Source: an uncultured delta proteobacterium
GTDB lineage: Bacteria; Myxococcota_A; Polyangia; Fen-1088
NCBI GenBank assembly: GCA_963796685.1
Contig: CAWCMR010000025.1
Span: 2,059,623 to 2,123,622 of the forward strand
Length of the DNA stretch: 64,000 bases
Direction of reading: 5' to 3'
Below are positions 30,457 through 39,896 of this stretch, piece after piece (positions within the stretch are counted from its first letter, which is position 1; each line of letters opens with the position of its first letter). The position numbers and the translations under genes are program-made. The notes under the pieces are model-generated. The model saw only the letters and a program-made list of their open reading frames with translations. It had not been told where the DNA came from and searched no databases.

Positions 30457-31587
30457 GTGGAGGGACTGAAGGTCGATCCCCTCGTCGGGCCGGCCCTGCC
30501 GAAGGCGGTGGCCGCGCTGGCAGCGGGTGCGTCGCCGGCCAAGCTGATGGCCGTGCGCGGGATGGCGCCCATGCGTCCCGCCGAGTTCCTGATGGCGGTG
30601 TACCAGCTCTCGTTCGACCGCGATCCGGCGGTGAAGAGCGCCGCCGAGGCCGCGCCGGCAAACCTGCCCGACAAGCTCGTGCTCGGACCGCTCGGCGATG
30701 CGCTGCCCGCGCAGGTCCTGCATTTCTTCGCCGAGCGCCTGCCGCTGTCTCGACGCCAGGCCATCGAAAAGATTCTGCTCAACCAGTCCACCGCCGATGA
30801 AACCTTCGTGCTGCTCGGAGGACGGCTCGACGAGGGCGGCCTGGAAATCATCTTCCAGAACGAAGTGCGCCTGCTGCGTTGCCCGGCGCTGGTCGAGGCA
30901 CTCTATTTCAACAAGAAGGCGCGCATGTCTTCCGTTACGCGCGCGCTCGAGCTCTGCGCGCGCAATGGGGTGCGTCTGGATGGCATTCCGGCCTACGCGG
31001 ACCTGGCCGAGGCCATCATGGCCGACCCCAACGCCGTCGCGCCGTCGGCTGCGGATGATGCCTTCGCCGCCGTCATGACCGAGTCCAGCGTGCCGGTCCC
31101 GGCCGAGGCAAGCGGCGAAGGGAATGGGGCCGCCGAGGAATCCGCGCCGGAAAACAAGAAGAAGACCAGCTCCTCGTTCATCAAGTTCGACGAGCTGAAG
31201 ATCTTCGAGAAGATCCGCCTCGCCACCATCGGCAACGCCTACTGTCGATCGGTGCTCATCCGCGATTCCAACCGCCTGGTCGCCATGACGGTGGTTCGAT
31301 CGCCGGCCATCAGCGACGGCGAGATCGTGGCCGCGGCGGCGAATCGCGCGGTCTGCGACGACGTGATTCGCTTCATCGCCAACAGTCGCGAGCACACCAA
31401 GGACTATGCGGTAAAACAGGCGCTGGTGAACAACCCCAAGTGTCCGCTGGCTTCGTCGCTGCGCCTGCTCAGTTTCCTTCGTCCCGACGATCTCAGGGCG
31501 GTTGCGCGCTCTAGGAACATTCCCGGTGCCCTGGCCACCGCGGCCAAGAAGCTGCTACAAACGCGAGAGAAACCCGGTGGAGGTTGA
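30457..31587 (+). CDS. Alpha-helical (HEAT-like) hypothetical protein
   Basis: AAGGAG RBS; KIRLATIGN..RSVLIRDSNRLVA, LVNNPKCP helical repeats. Confidence 0.75.
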   Translation: MEGLKVDPLVGPALPKAVAALAAGASPAKLMAVRGMAPMRPAEFLMAVYQLSFDRDPAVKSAAEAAPANLPDKLVLGPLGDALPAQVLHFFAERLPLSRRQAIEKILLNQSTADETFVLLGGRLDEGGLEIIFQNEVRLLRCPALVEALYFNKKARMSSVTRALELCARNGVRLDGIPAYADLAEAIMADPNAVAPSAADDAFAAVMTESSVPVPAEASGEGNGAAEESAPENKKKTSSSFIKFDELKIFEKIRLATIGNAYCRSVLIRDSNRLVAMTVVRSPAISDGEIVAAAANRAVCDDVIRFIANSREHTKDYAVKQALVNNPKCPLASSLRLLSFLRPDDLRAVARSRNIPGALATAAKKLLQTREKPGGG

Positions 31588-31591
31588 GCCG

Positions 31592-32686
31592 GTGGCGCCC
31601 GAGCAGGAAAAGCGGTTCATCGAGCCGGCCTTGTACGACCGGCTCGGGCTCATCCTGCTTGCGCCGAGAGTAGGGCTGCGCGGTGTCGTGGAGCGCAAAC
31701 GCGGCGCGCTTCGCGATGCTTTCTATCTGGTGCTCGTGTCCATCGTCGCGTTTCGGCTGCCGGACTTGGTCCGGGCCGCATTGTCGTTTTCGCGGATTTC
31801 GCTGGCCGGGGGCTTGACCCAAACCATGGGCGTGGTGGGCGCCGAGCTGCGCACCGCCGCCTTCGTCACCCTGGTCGCGGCCCTGATCATCGTCGTCTTC
31901 GCCGGCCGCGGTCGAAGGGATCCTTCCCTTGCCCTCGAGCTGGGGGCCGCGTGCTACGTCCCCTACTTCTGCATCTGGAGCCCGCTCCGCCTCCTCGATA
32001 TGGAAGCCCTGCTCGGCTATGTGCCGATCGTCGTCAGCCAGGTGGTTCGCGTCCTGGCGTGGGCTTGGGTGGCGGGCCTCGTCGGGTTGTCGTTGCTCGT
32101 TGTGCGCCGGGGAGAAGGCTCGACCTCTCCGGCCATTCCCGTGCGTAGCCGCGTCGCCGGCCTCTCCGTGCTCGCCATCCCCGCGCTTGCGCTGGTCCTT
32201 GCCACCGTGTGGAGCACGCGGCACTACGAGCTCTTGCGTCCGCTCGGTCGCACGGACCAGGCCCCGGACTTCACGCTCGCTCGCGTCGACGGGAAGCCCG
32301 GCAAGGTCAGGCTCTCGGACCTGCGCGGGCACGTGGTCTTGCTCGATTTTTGGGCCACCTGGTGTCCGCCGTGCCTGGCCATGCTGCCCACGCTGCACGA
32401 GCTCTACCGAGACTGGCAGCCGCGCGGGGTGGAGTTCATCGGCATCGACTCGGACGGACCGACGACCTCGCGCGACGACCTGCGCGACTTTCTCGCGCAA
32501 AGGCCGTCCCCCTATCCGGTGGTGCGCGACGACCAGGACGTGGGCGGGCTCTATGGCGTGTTTTCGATTCCGCACCTCGTCGTCATCGGGCGTGACGGAA
32601 CGATCGCGCGCGTCTTCGTGGGCGGCGTCAGTCGCTCCCAGCTCGACAAGGCCCTCACCGCCGCAAGCGGGGGCGGCATTCGGTAA
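31592..32686 (+). CDS. Membrane protein fused to a TlpA/ResA thioredoxin domain
   Basis: About 5 TM segments, then APDFTL and DFWATWCPPC. Confidence 0.85.
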   Translation: MAPEQEKRFIEPALYDRLGLILLAPRVGLRGVVERKRGALRDAFYLVLVSIVAFRLPDLVRAALSFSRISLAGGLTQTMGVVGAELRTAAFVTLVAALIIVVFAGRGRRDPSLALELGAACYVPYFCIWSPLRLLDMEALLGYVPIVVSQVVRVLAWAWVAGLVGLSLLVVRRGEGSTSPAIPVRSRVAGLSVLAIPALALVLATVWSTRHYELLRPLGRTDQAPDFTLARVDGKPGKVRLSDLRGHVVLLDFWATWCPPCLAMLPTLHELYRDWQPRGVEFIGIDSDGPTTSRDDLRDFLAQRPSPYPVVRDDQDVGGLYGVFSIPHLVVIGRDGTIARVFVGGVSRSQLDKALTAASGGGIR

Positions 32687-32723
32687 TTGGTTCCCTGGGC
32701 GCGCAGGGAATAGACTTTTCGCC

Positions 32724-33806
32724 ATGCGCATGCGGCGTTACCTCCTTGCCGAGTGCCTGGTCTTGGCCTCGGCCGTGGCGGGGACGGCGCTGCTCGTTCG
32801 CGGCGCGGTTCGCCTCGCCTTCGCCGAAAGAGAGGTGGCGCGTTCCCGGCCGATGCCGGTGCCCGTGCAGGGTGTGCAAGGATCCTTGGCGGGCGAAAGC
32901 GAGCCGCCCTCGCCACCCAGCCCGAACGTCGCCCGGGAATCGGCGGGAACCTTCATGGGCCTGGAGGACGACGTTCTCATCGCACGCATGCGCAGCCAGC
33001 CCATCGTGCGCATGAAATTCAACAAGGGCGGATCGTCGCTGTCGTTCCGGGTCGATTTCGCCGACGGGTCGCGGGCGGCCTTCAAGCCGGCGCAGACCAA
33101 CCTGCAAACCGTCCCGCGCCGGGAAGTCGCGGCCTACCGGATCGATCGCCTGCTCGGGCTCAATGCCGTTCCGCCGGCCACGCCCAGGATGGTTTCCCGC
33201 GAGGACATGTTCGCGCACCTGCACCCGGAAACCATGGCCATGCTCCCGCGCATTCGAGCCGAGACCATCTTCGATCCGCGCGGTAACACCGCGGGGGTGA
33301 TGATGTACTGGGTTCCCGTGATCAAGGACTCGGGGCTCGATACACCCGAGGGCATCGCCCGGAGCACGCGCTGGCTGACCCAGGGCCAGACCATCCCCGA
33401 CCGGAAACACGGGTTGGCGGCTCAGCTTGCCGACCTCTTGGTGTTCGATTTTCTCATCTCCAACCCCGACCGCTACAGCGGCGGCAACATACTGACCAAC
33501 GAGGACGGGTCGCGCTTGCTCTTCATGGACAACACGATGTCGTTCTTCATCGAGCCCCAGGGCAACGAGAAGACACGAGCGGCGCTGGCGCGCGCGCAGC
33601 GATTCTCGCGCAGGTTGTACCAGGCGCTCGAGCGCATTTCGGAAGAGGCGCTGACGCGCATCCTGGCCCAGGCCTCGGAGGGCGACTACGAGATCCTGAC
33701 CAACCCGGAGATCCGGGCGGTGGTGGCCAGGCGCGACTACATCCGGAAATACGTCGACGGCCTGGTGGCAACCTACGGGGCCAGCGAGGTGTTTTTCTTT
33801 CCCTGA
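32724..33806 (+). CDS. Exported or membrane-anchored atypical kinase (FAM20/four-jointed/PI3-4K-like fold)
   Basis: N-terminal hydrophobic segment; AAFKP, REVAAYRIDRLLGL..VPP, FDFLISNPDR, FMDN. Confidence 0.65.
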   Translation: MRMRRYLLAECLVLASAVAGTALLVRGAVRLAFAEREVARSRPMPVPVQGVQGSLAGESEPPSPPSPNVARESAGTFMGLEDDVLIARMRSQPIVRMKFNKGGSSLSFRVDFADGSRAAFKPAQTNLQTVPRREVAAYRIDRLLGLNAVPPATPRMVSREDMFAHLHPETMAMLPRIRAETIFDPRGNTAGVMMYWVPVIKDSGLDTPEGIARSTRWLTQGQTIPDRKHGLAAQLADLLVFDFLISNPDRYSGGNILTNEDGSRLLFMDNTMSFFIEPQGNEKTRAALARAQRFSRRLYQALERISEEALTRILAQASEGDYEILTNPEIRAVVARRDYIRKYVDGLVATYGASEVFFFP

Positions 33807-33817
33807 GGGGATGGGGC

Positions 33818-33843
33818 GGGGCGGGTTTGAAACCCGCCCCTAC
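33818..33843 (-). repeat. GTAG-type REP overlapping the nadA stop codon
   Basis: GGGGCGGGTTTGAAACCCGCCCCTAC. Confidence 0.8.
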
Positions 33844-34925
33844 GACGCAAGGTCGATCATCCTCTGCATGGCGCGGGCGGCACCGACGCGGACGTCTTCG
33901 GGAACGGTCACGCGGCACTCGGCGGGCTCGTCGCGCAAGGTGGTGTAGACGTTCTCGAGATCGATGGCCTTCATGTGCTCGCATAGGCGGCACGGTTTGT
34001 AGAATTGCTTTTCCGGGTGCTCGAGCTCCAGGCGCACGACCAATCCACACTCGGTGAGGATGGCCAGCCTGGTCTTTTCGGGATGGGTCTCGACGTATTT
34101 GGCCATCTGCGAGGTGGACATCACCTCGTCGGCGGCCTTCTGCAGCTCGGGCTTCACCTCGCCGTGGACGATCACCACGGCGGCGGGATCGTCGCGGCGG
34201 ATCTTGGCGATGTCGCCGACGGTCATGTTGTGGTGCACGTGGCAGGCGCCTTCCCAGGCGAACACGCAGCCGGCCAAACCTTGCCGCTCTCCCTCGCGCA
34301 GCAAGGGCTCGATGCGTTCGAGGTATTCCTTGGGGTGGAAGGCGTGCGGTTCGGGCGGGGGCAGGTACATGCGCCCGGTCTTGATGGCGACCTGGTAGGC
34401 CAGGTTCTGATCGGGGACGAACAGAATGTCCGGTGCGCCCAGCCGCTCGGCGATCCGCACCGCATTCGAGCTGGTGCAACAGGCGTCGGACAGCGCCTTC
34501 ACGTCGGCGTAGGTGTTCACGTAGGTCATGGTGACGAACTTGCGGCCGAGGCCGCGCAAGAAGTCCTGGCGCTCCTCCAGGTCGTCCACGTCCACCTCGG
34601 CCAGCGAGCACAGCGCGCGCTGGCTGGGCAGAAAGACCGGCACGTGGGGGGCGAGGGTGTAGCAGCCTTCGGCCATGAAGCGGACGCCGCAGAAGACCAC
34701 CATGCGGGCGTCCACGTCGCGCGCGCGCACCGCCAGCTCGAACGAATCGCCGACGGTATCGGCGATGGCCTGCACCTCGGGCACCTGGTAGTTGTGCGCC
34801 GGCACGAAGGCGCGCTTGTCGGCCTTGAGGCGGCGGATCTCGTCCCACAACCAAGCCGTGCGCGCGGCTCGGCTTTCTTCGATTTGTCCGCCACGCACCA
34901 GGCGTTCGATGGATACATCCAGCAT
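33840..34925 (-). CDS. nadA: Quinolinate synthase A
   Basis: AHNYQ, GDSFEL, FCGVRFMAE, TYVNT, CTSSNA, CHVH, CEHMK. Confidence 0.95.
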   Translation of the reverse strand: MLDVSIERLVRGGQIEESRAARTAWLWDEIRRLKADKRAFVPAHNYQVPEVQAIADTVGDSFELAVRARDVDARMVVFCGVRFMAEGCYTLAPHVPVFLPSQRALCSLAEVDVDDLEERQDFLRGLGRKFVTMTYVNTYADVKALSDACCTSSNAVRIAERLGAPDILFVPDQNLAYQVAIKTGRMYLPPPEPHAFHPKEYLERIEPLLREGERQGLAGCVFAWEGACHVHHNMTVGDIAKIRRDDPAAVVIVHGEVKPELQKAADEVMSTSQMAKYVETHPEKTRLAILTECGLVVRLELEHPEKQFYKPCRLCEHMKAIDLENVYTTLRDEPAECRVTVPEDVRVGAARAMQRMIDLAS

Positions 34926-35030
34926 CGCGCTAGATCTACCAGCGGGCCCGCCTGAATGCTATGGCCCGCGTCTGCCCATAATTCCCCGATAGCCGCAGAA
35001 GGTCGTGGTCGTGGCCGTGGTCGTGGCCGT

Positions 35031-35179
35031 GGCCGGTTGTAATCGCCGTCGGCTGCGGCCACGGCCACGGCCACGGTAAGCCGTCTACGTCCACGACCAC
35101 CGGTCATCGTTCCGACTGGGTGCGTGCGTCCGTCGTGGAAAGGTGTCTCTATCGGGTACCTTCCGCGCTGTCGCTTCTC
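35031..35179 (-). repeat. Dispersed ~150-bp element, homologous to the submodule at 53041/53404/53766
   Basis: Reverse complement GCGACAGCGCGGAAGGTACC...ACCTTTCCACGACGGACGCACGCA...GGTGGTCGTGGACGTAGACGGCTTACCGTGGCC...TTACAACCGGCC matches the 53-kb copies. Confidence 0.85.
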
Positions 35180-35190
35180 TTGTCGCGGGA

Positions 35191-36840
35191 TTAGCGTCTG
35201 CCCGAACCGGCGCGCGCACGCGCTCGGGCCGCGTGGCGTAGGGACTTGCCCGTGGGACCCGGACCGAGCGCGTCGCGCGCGTCCTCGCCGTGGCCGGGGC
35301 CGATCACGTCGCGCAGGTAGGCCTGGTATTGGAAGGTGTCCGAGTGCTTCTCGTTGTGACAATGAATGCAGACCGATTCGGGGGTCTTGAGGTGCACGGC
35401 GAAGGGCGTTTCCTTGCCGTGCCGCTCGACGTGAATCGAGCCTGGCCCGTGGCAAACCTCGCACTGAATATTCTGCAGGCCGCGCGTGTAACCCAGGCTG
35501 GAGCCACCCACCTCGCCGTAGCCCGTGACGTGGCAACTCACGCAATCGTCGTGCGCTTCCTTGCCGACTTGGACCAGGGTTTTCCAGGCCTGGGCATGGA
35601 CCGTGTGCTTCCAGAAGCGGGCGGCCGGCTTGTGGCACGAGACGCATTTATCCCCGCCCACGTAGGACGCCCGTCCAGGCTCGGCGGGAACGGGCGGCTC
35701 GGCCATGCGCAGATTGGCAGCGCCGATGGCGCGGTCGAGCTTGTGCATGCTGGCCGACAAAGCTGGATCGCGCGGAAGCGTGCGCTGGATCGGGATGAGC
35801 GAATCGGTGAAGTACGACCCCACGGACGGCGCCTTCCACAGGCCGTCGCCAAGTCGCGAGCGCTCGGCGCGCAGCTGGTCGCGCTCGCGAACCTTGGCCG
35901 CCAGGAACGCCGGGTCGGAGCCGGATTCCTTCTGCCAGCGGGCGAGGTCGACCTCGAGTCTTTCGAGGGCGCGGTCGAGCTCGGTCCGTCGTTCTTTCGC
36001 CTGGGCGGCGCCTCCCGCGTCGACCAGCGGCTCGTCGGTCGAGCGCGGTCGCTTGCCACGCAAGACGATGTCCAGGCGGCCCACCCGTTCCAGCTCCTCG
36101 GCGGGCGCGACCACATAGGCCGCGCCGACCGATTCCGCCCTGGCCATACCCTGGCCCACGTGCTTACCCACCACCACGAAGTCGGCTCCCGAGGTGCGAG
36201 CGAGCTGGCGTGCCAGGGACCGTTCGACCGGAGCCAAGAGCACGATCACCTCTGCCCCGGCCGCGCGCAGGCGAGCAATCTCCTGCCGCGCCGCCGTAGT
36301 CGGGTCTTGGACGGGCAAACCTACCTTGGCCAGAAGGTCCGGATCGGCCGGGTCGGCGATCCCGAGCACACCGATCTTGATCGACCCCACCGTGGCGAGG
36401 TGCGAGGGCTCGACGAATGGCGCTTGCGCCAAATTCACGGCCAGGCGCTTGGGCACGACGTCACCTGGGCCGAAGGCCAGGTCGCTGTCGCCGAGCGCGC
36501 TGCCACCAAAGGGCAACTTCGCGATCTCGTGCGCCAGGAAGTCGGCCCGCAGCTTGGCTGCCGGCCGCTTTCTCTCCGAGGTTTCACCGGCCGCGTAGGT
36601 GAGGTTGCCGGCATCGACGAGCAAGGCCGCCTGGTCGCGGCCCGCCGCGGCCCTGACCATCGCGGTCACGCGGGCGAAGTCACCCAAGGGGTCGCTGGTG
36701 CAGCCACAAGGTTCGAGGGTTCCATGGGTTTCGGCCGTGTAGAAGATGACCGCCCGTCGTTCGCTCGCTGTGGCCGCGTCCGACCTTGGTGCGATGAGGC
36801 TGCCCATGGCAAGGAACGTGACCAGGATGAGCTTGTGCAT
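35191..36840 (-). CDS. Secreted UshA/metallophosphoesterase-like domain fused to a tetraheme cytochrome c (c554-like)
   Basis: Signal peptide; HGTLEPCGC and VDAGN; four CxxCH motifs (CVSCH x2, CEVCH, CIHCH). Confidence 0.85.
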   Translation of the reverse strand: MHKLILVTFLAMGSLIAPRSDAATASERRAVIFYTAETHGTLEPCGCTSDPLGDFARVTAMVRAAAGRDQAALLVDAGNLTYAAGETSERKRPAAKLRADFLAHEIAKLPFGGSALGDSDLAFGPGDVVPKRLAVNLAQAPFVEPSHLATVGSIKIGVLGIADPADPDLLAKVGLPVQDPTTAARQEIARLRAAGAEVIVLLAPVERSLARQLARTSGADFVVVGKHVGQGMARAESVGAAYVVAPAEELERVGRLDIVLRGKRPRSTDEPLVDAGGAAQAKERRTELDRALERLEVDLARWQKESGSDPAFLAAKVRERDQLRAERSRLGDGLWKAPSVGSYFTDSLIPIQRTLPRDPALSASMHKLDRAIGAANLRMAEPPVPAEPGRASYVGGDKCVSCHKPAARFWKHTVHAQAWKTLVQVGKEAHDDCVSCHVTGYGEVGGSSLGYTRGLQNIQCEVCHGPGSIHVERHGKETPFAVHLKTPESVCIHCHNEKHSDTFQYQAYLRDVIGPGHGEDARDALGPGPTGKSLRHAARARARAGSGRR

Positions 36841-36979
36841 TGGCGCGCGGGAAAATCCCATATCTTCCGGCCTCTGTCGAAGGGTTGTGCCAAAGGGTTG
36901 TGTGTCGATGCGTCGATAATGCAGGTGGACGTCGTCATCGGACAATCCGAAAGATTCGTAGGAATCAGAAAGAAGCACC

Positions 36980-37008
36980 TTCGCCTTGACAATCAGCTGC
37001 GTTATAAT
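36980..37008 (+). promoter_or_regulatory. Probable sigma70 promoter of the rpsP operon
   Basis: TATAAT at 37003-37008. TTGACA (36986) is only 11 bp upstream; TTCGCC (36980) is at 17 bp. Confidence 0.5.
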
Positions 37009-37054
37009 CACTCTCACCCGCTGGCTCACATCGAGCTCACAAGGAATCTAGATC

Positions 37055-37321
37055 ATGGCCGTCACTCTCAGACTCACCCGCTGCGGAGGCAAGAAGTCTC
37101 CTCATTATCGTGTTGTTGCCGCCGATGAACGAAGTCCGCGCGACGGCCGACTCATCGAGCAGATCGGAATCTACGATCCCAGGCAAGACCCGCCCGCCGT
37201 CAAGCTCGACTTGGCGAGGTTGGATCACTGGCTCTCGTGCGGCGCCGTGCCCAGCGAGACCGTCGGCCAGCTAATCAAGAAGGCTCGGCGCGCCGCCGAC
37301 GCCATTTCTGCCAAGGCGTGA
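37055..37321 (+). CDS. rpsP: 30S ribosomal protein S16
   Basis: LRLTRCGGKKSPHYRVVAADERSPRDGR. Confidence 0.97.
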   Translation: MAVTLRLTRCGGKKSPHYRVVAADERSPRDGRLIEQIGIYDPRQDPPAVKLDLARLDHWLSCGAVPSETVGQLIKKARRAADAISAKA

Positions 37322-37324
37322 TCC

Positions 37325-37612
37325 GTGACTGAGGGCAATCCCTCCCCCTCCGCAGCACCGTCTGACAAGGCACCGGCCTTGCGCGAGCTCGTGCTCTACC
37401 TTGCGCGGGCGCTGGTCGAGCACCCGGACGAGGTCGTGGTCGAGGAGATCGAAGAGCCCGACGCCACGGTGTTCGAGCTCAAGGTCGCCGAGTCGGATCT
37501 GGGTCGCGTGATCGGCCGCCAGGGGCGGACTGCGAAGGCGCTTCGCACCGTGCTCTCGGCCGCCTCGGCCAAGATGAAACGGCGAGCAATCCTCGAAATC
37601 CTCGAGGACTAG
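37325..37612 (+). CDS. khpA: KH-domain RNA-binding protein KhpA
   Basis: DLGRVIGRQGRTAKALR; synteny after rpsP. Confidence 0.92.
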   Translation: MTEGNPSPSAAPSDKAPALRELVLYLARALVEHPDEVVVEEIEEPDATVFELKVAESDLGRVIGRQGRTAKALRTVLSAASAKMKRRAILEILED

Positions 37613-37651
37613 GTTCGAGCAGGGCCGGTCGCTGGCCTTGCAGGTGCTCGC

Positions 37652-38161
37652 ATGGAATCGGCGTGGTTGCCCTTCGGAATCCTGCGGCGCCCGCACGGAA
37701 CCTCGGGCGAGATTCCGCTCCGTCCCTTCAATGCTGAGGCTTCCGGGGATTCCTCGCCCAGCCCACCCGTGCAGGTTCGGCTTGCGCGCGGCGGGAAGAT
37801 CACCGAAGCCAAGCTCGTCGCCTGCCGAGCCGTGCGCGGGGAGTTTCTGGTTCGCTTCGAAGGCATCGCCACGCGGGAGTCTGCCGCCGCCCTGGCGGGG
37901 CAGGAGCTGCACCTTCCGCGCGGCGTTTTCGCGCCTCTCGACGGTGCCGAGTTCTTCGTGGAGGATCTCGTCGGGTGCGAGGTCTTCGCGGAAGATGGCC
38001 GGCCGGTCGGCTTGGTCGCGGGAGCGTTCTGGAACGGGGCCCACGACGTCGTCGCGATCGTGGGCGAGGACGGCAGCGAGCGCCTGCTCCCCGTGGTTTC
38101 CGAGTTCATCCGCCGATTCGAGAGCGCGCCGCGCCGGTTGATCGTCGACCTTCATGACTGA
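37652..38161 (+). CDS. rimM: Ribosome maturation factor RimM
   Basis: RPHG..GE, EFFVEDLVGCEV, GAHDV; synteny. Confidence 0.9.
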   Translation: MESAWLPFGILRRPHGTSGEIPLRPFNAEASGDSSPSPPVQVRLARGGKITEAKLVACRAVRGEFLVRFEGIATRESAAALAGQELHLPRGVFAPLDGAEFFVEDLVGCEVFAEDGRPVGLVAGAFWNGAHDVVAIVGEDGSERLLPVVSEFIRRFESAPRRLIVDLHD

Positions 38162-38948
38162 GCCAGCGTCCACCCCTTGCCCATCCCCGCTCCTCGACGT
38201 GGAGCTGCTTTCGCTGTTTCCGGAGATCTTCGATTCGTTCTTGCGCACCAGCCTGGTCGGCAAGGCTATCCAAGGCGGCATCGTGCGTGTGGCCTGCACC
38301 AACCCGCGCGACTTCGCCCTCGGCCGGCACCGCCAGGTCGACGATGCTTCCTACGGCGGCGGTCCAGGCATGGTCTTGCGTCCCGAGCCGCTGGCCGCGG
38401 CCATCGAATCGGTCGAATCGGCGCGGGGCCGGGCGCATCGCGTGCTGCTCTCACCCGCGGGGCGACTCTTCGATCAAGCGCTGGCGCAGGAGCTGGCCGG
38501 TCGCACGCGCTTGATGCTGATTTGTGGTCGCTATGAAGGCGTGGACGAACGGATCGCGGATCTCTTCGCCGATGAGGTCGTCAGCATCGGCGACTACGTG
38601 CTCGCGGGTGGGGAGGTGGCCGCGACGGTCATCGTCGAGGCCGTGTCGCGTCTCGTCCCTGGTGTTCTCGGGTGCGAGGCTTCCACCGTCGACGAATCGT
38701 TCTCCGCCGGTCGGCTCGAGTATCCACAGTGGACCCGACCGCCGGAGTTCCGTGGCCGCGTCGTGCCAGAGATCCTGCTTTCCGGCAACCATGCCCAGGT
38801 GGCGGCGTGGCGTCGGCTGGAATCCCTGCGCAGGACCCAGGCGCGGAGGCCGGATCTGCTTCTGCGTCACCCGTTGACCGACGATGAACAGGCTTTGCTC
38901 TCGGGGGGCACCGGCAAAGCGCGCAAGAGGCCCGCCCGGCAAAGATGA
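38154..38948 (+). CDS. trmD: tRNA (guanine-N1)-methyltransferase
   Basis: YGGGPGMV, CGRYEGVDER, SIGDYVLAGGE, LEYPQWTRP. Confidence 0.97.
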   Translation: MTEPASTPCPSPLLDVELLSLFPEIFDSFLRTSLVGKAIQGGIVRVACTNPRDFALGRHRQVDDASYGGGPGMVLRPEPLAAAIESVESARGRAHRVLLSPAGRLFDQALAQELAGRTRLMLICGRYEGVDERIADLFADEVVSIGDYVLAGGEVAATVIVEAVSRLVPGVLGCEASTVDESFSAGRLEYPQWTRPPEFRGRVVPEILLSGNHAQVAAWRRLESLRRTQARRPDLLLRHPLTDDEQALLSGGTGKARKRPARQR

Positions 38949-38967
38949 TGGATCTCTCCGGTGGATG

Positions 38968-38996
38968 TTGACTAAGTGCCGCCTTCCGCGTAGTAA
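38968..38996 (+). promoter_or_regulatory. Probable internal sigma70 promoter for rplS
   Basis: TTGACT-17 bp-TAGTAA. Confidence 0.55.
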
Positions 38997-39016
38997 ATAC
39001 GCCCCTTAGGAGCGTC

Positions 39017-39460
39017 ATGAGCACCCACCCCTTGATCCGAGAAATCGAAAACTCGTTCCGCCGGGACAACATCCCGGACTTCCGTCCTGGCGACAGCGTC
39101 AGGGTGCACACGCTCATCAAGGAAGGCGACAAAGAGCGTGTCCAGATCTTCGAGGGCGTCGTCATCGATCGCCGCAGTGGTACCTCGTTGGCGTCGTTCA
39201 CCGTGCGCAAGATCTCCTACGGTGTCGGCGTGGAGCGTGTCTTCCCCTTGCACTCGACCCGAATCGAGAAGATCGAGGTGGTGCAGCGAGGTCGGGTCCG
39301 CCGCGCACGCCTCAACTACCTGCGCAAGCTGCAAGGCAAGGCTGCTCGAATCAAGGGCGAGCGCATGCAGGTGACGGTGGGGGATGCGGCGGTCGCGGAG
39401 CCGGAAGCGGCACCCGCGGCACCCGCGGCACCCGCGGCACCGACGGCTCCCTCGGCCTAG
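39017..39460 (+). CDS. rplS: 50S ribosomal protein L19
   Basis: [48 protein letters not shown]. Confidence 0.97.
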   Translation: MSTHPLIREIENSFRRDNIPDFRPGDSVRVHTLIKEGDKERVQIFEGVVIDRRSGTSLASFTVRKISYGVGVERVFPLHSTRIEKIEVVQRGRVRRARLNYLRKLQGKAARIKGERMQVTVGDAAVAEPEAAPAAPAAPAAPTAPSA

Positions 39461-39465
39461 GCCAC

Positions 39466-39850
39466 CTACCCAGTCTGAAACGCATCCTCGACGTGCATCA
39501 GCTCGGGCGGAGCATCGTCGAGCGCAAAGGTTACCCCCACGACGTCGAAGCGAAAGACGGCCGCCTGGGGACGTTCCTCGTCGATGTACATGCGCGCGGC
39601 GCGAAGAACCCGCGCCCTTTTGTGGGCATCGACGGTTTCGAGCGCGTGGCCGCGCTCCGTCCCTGTGCGTGAGCGGACCTCGACGAATACGCACAGGCCT
39701 TCCGTGCCGGCCACGAGATCGAGCTTCTCCTTCAGGCCTGCGCCAATTTCGCGCCAGAATCTTGTATCCGCGCTGCTCGAGATAGTCCGCCGCCAGCTGC
39801 TCCGCGCGCATCCCGAGGGCCTGTCTCTTGGAGAGCACCCGATCGGCCAT
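39466..39850 (-). CDS. yraN: YraN-family (UPF0102) nuclease-like protein; +1 frameshift near 39725
   Basis: G.RAEQLAADYL..RGYKILARNWR in one frame; LDLVA..VFVEVRSR..RFDVVGV in the next. Confidence 0.85.
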
Positions 39851-39896
39851 GAGGGAAATCGCTGCTCGCGAACGGCTGGTAGCCGAAGCGCTCAGT

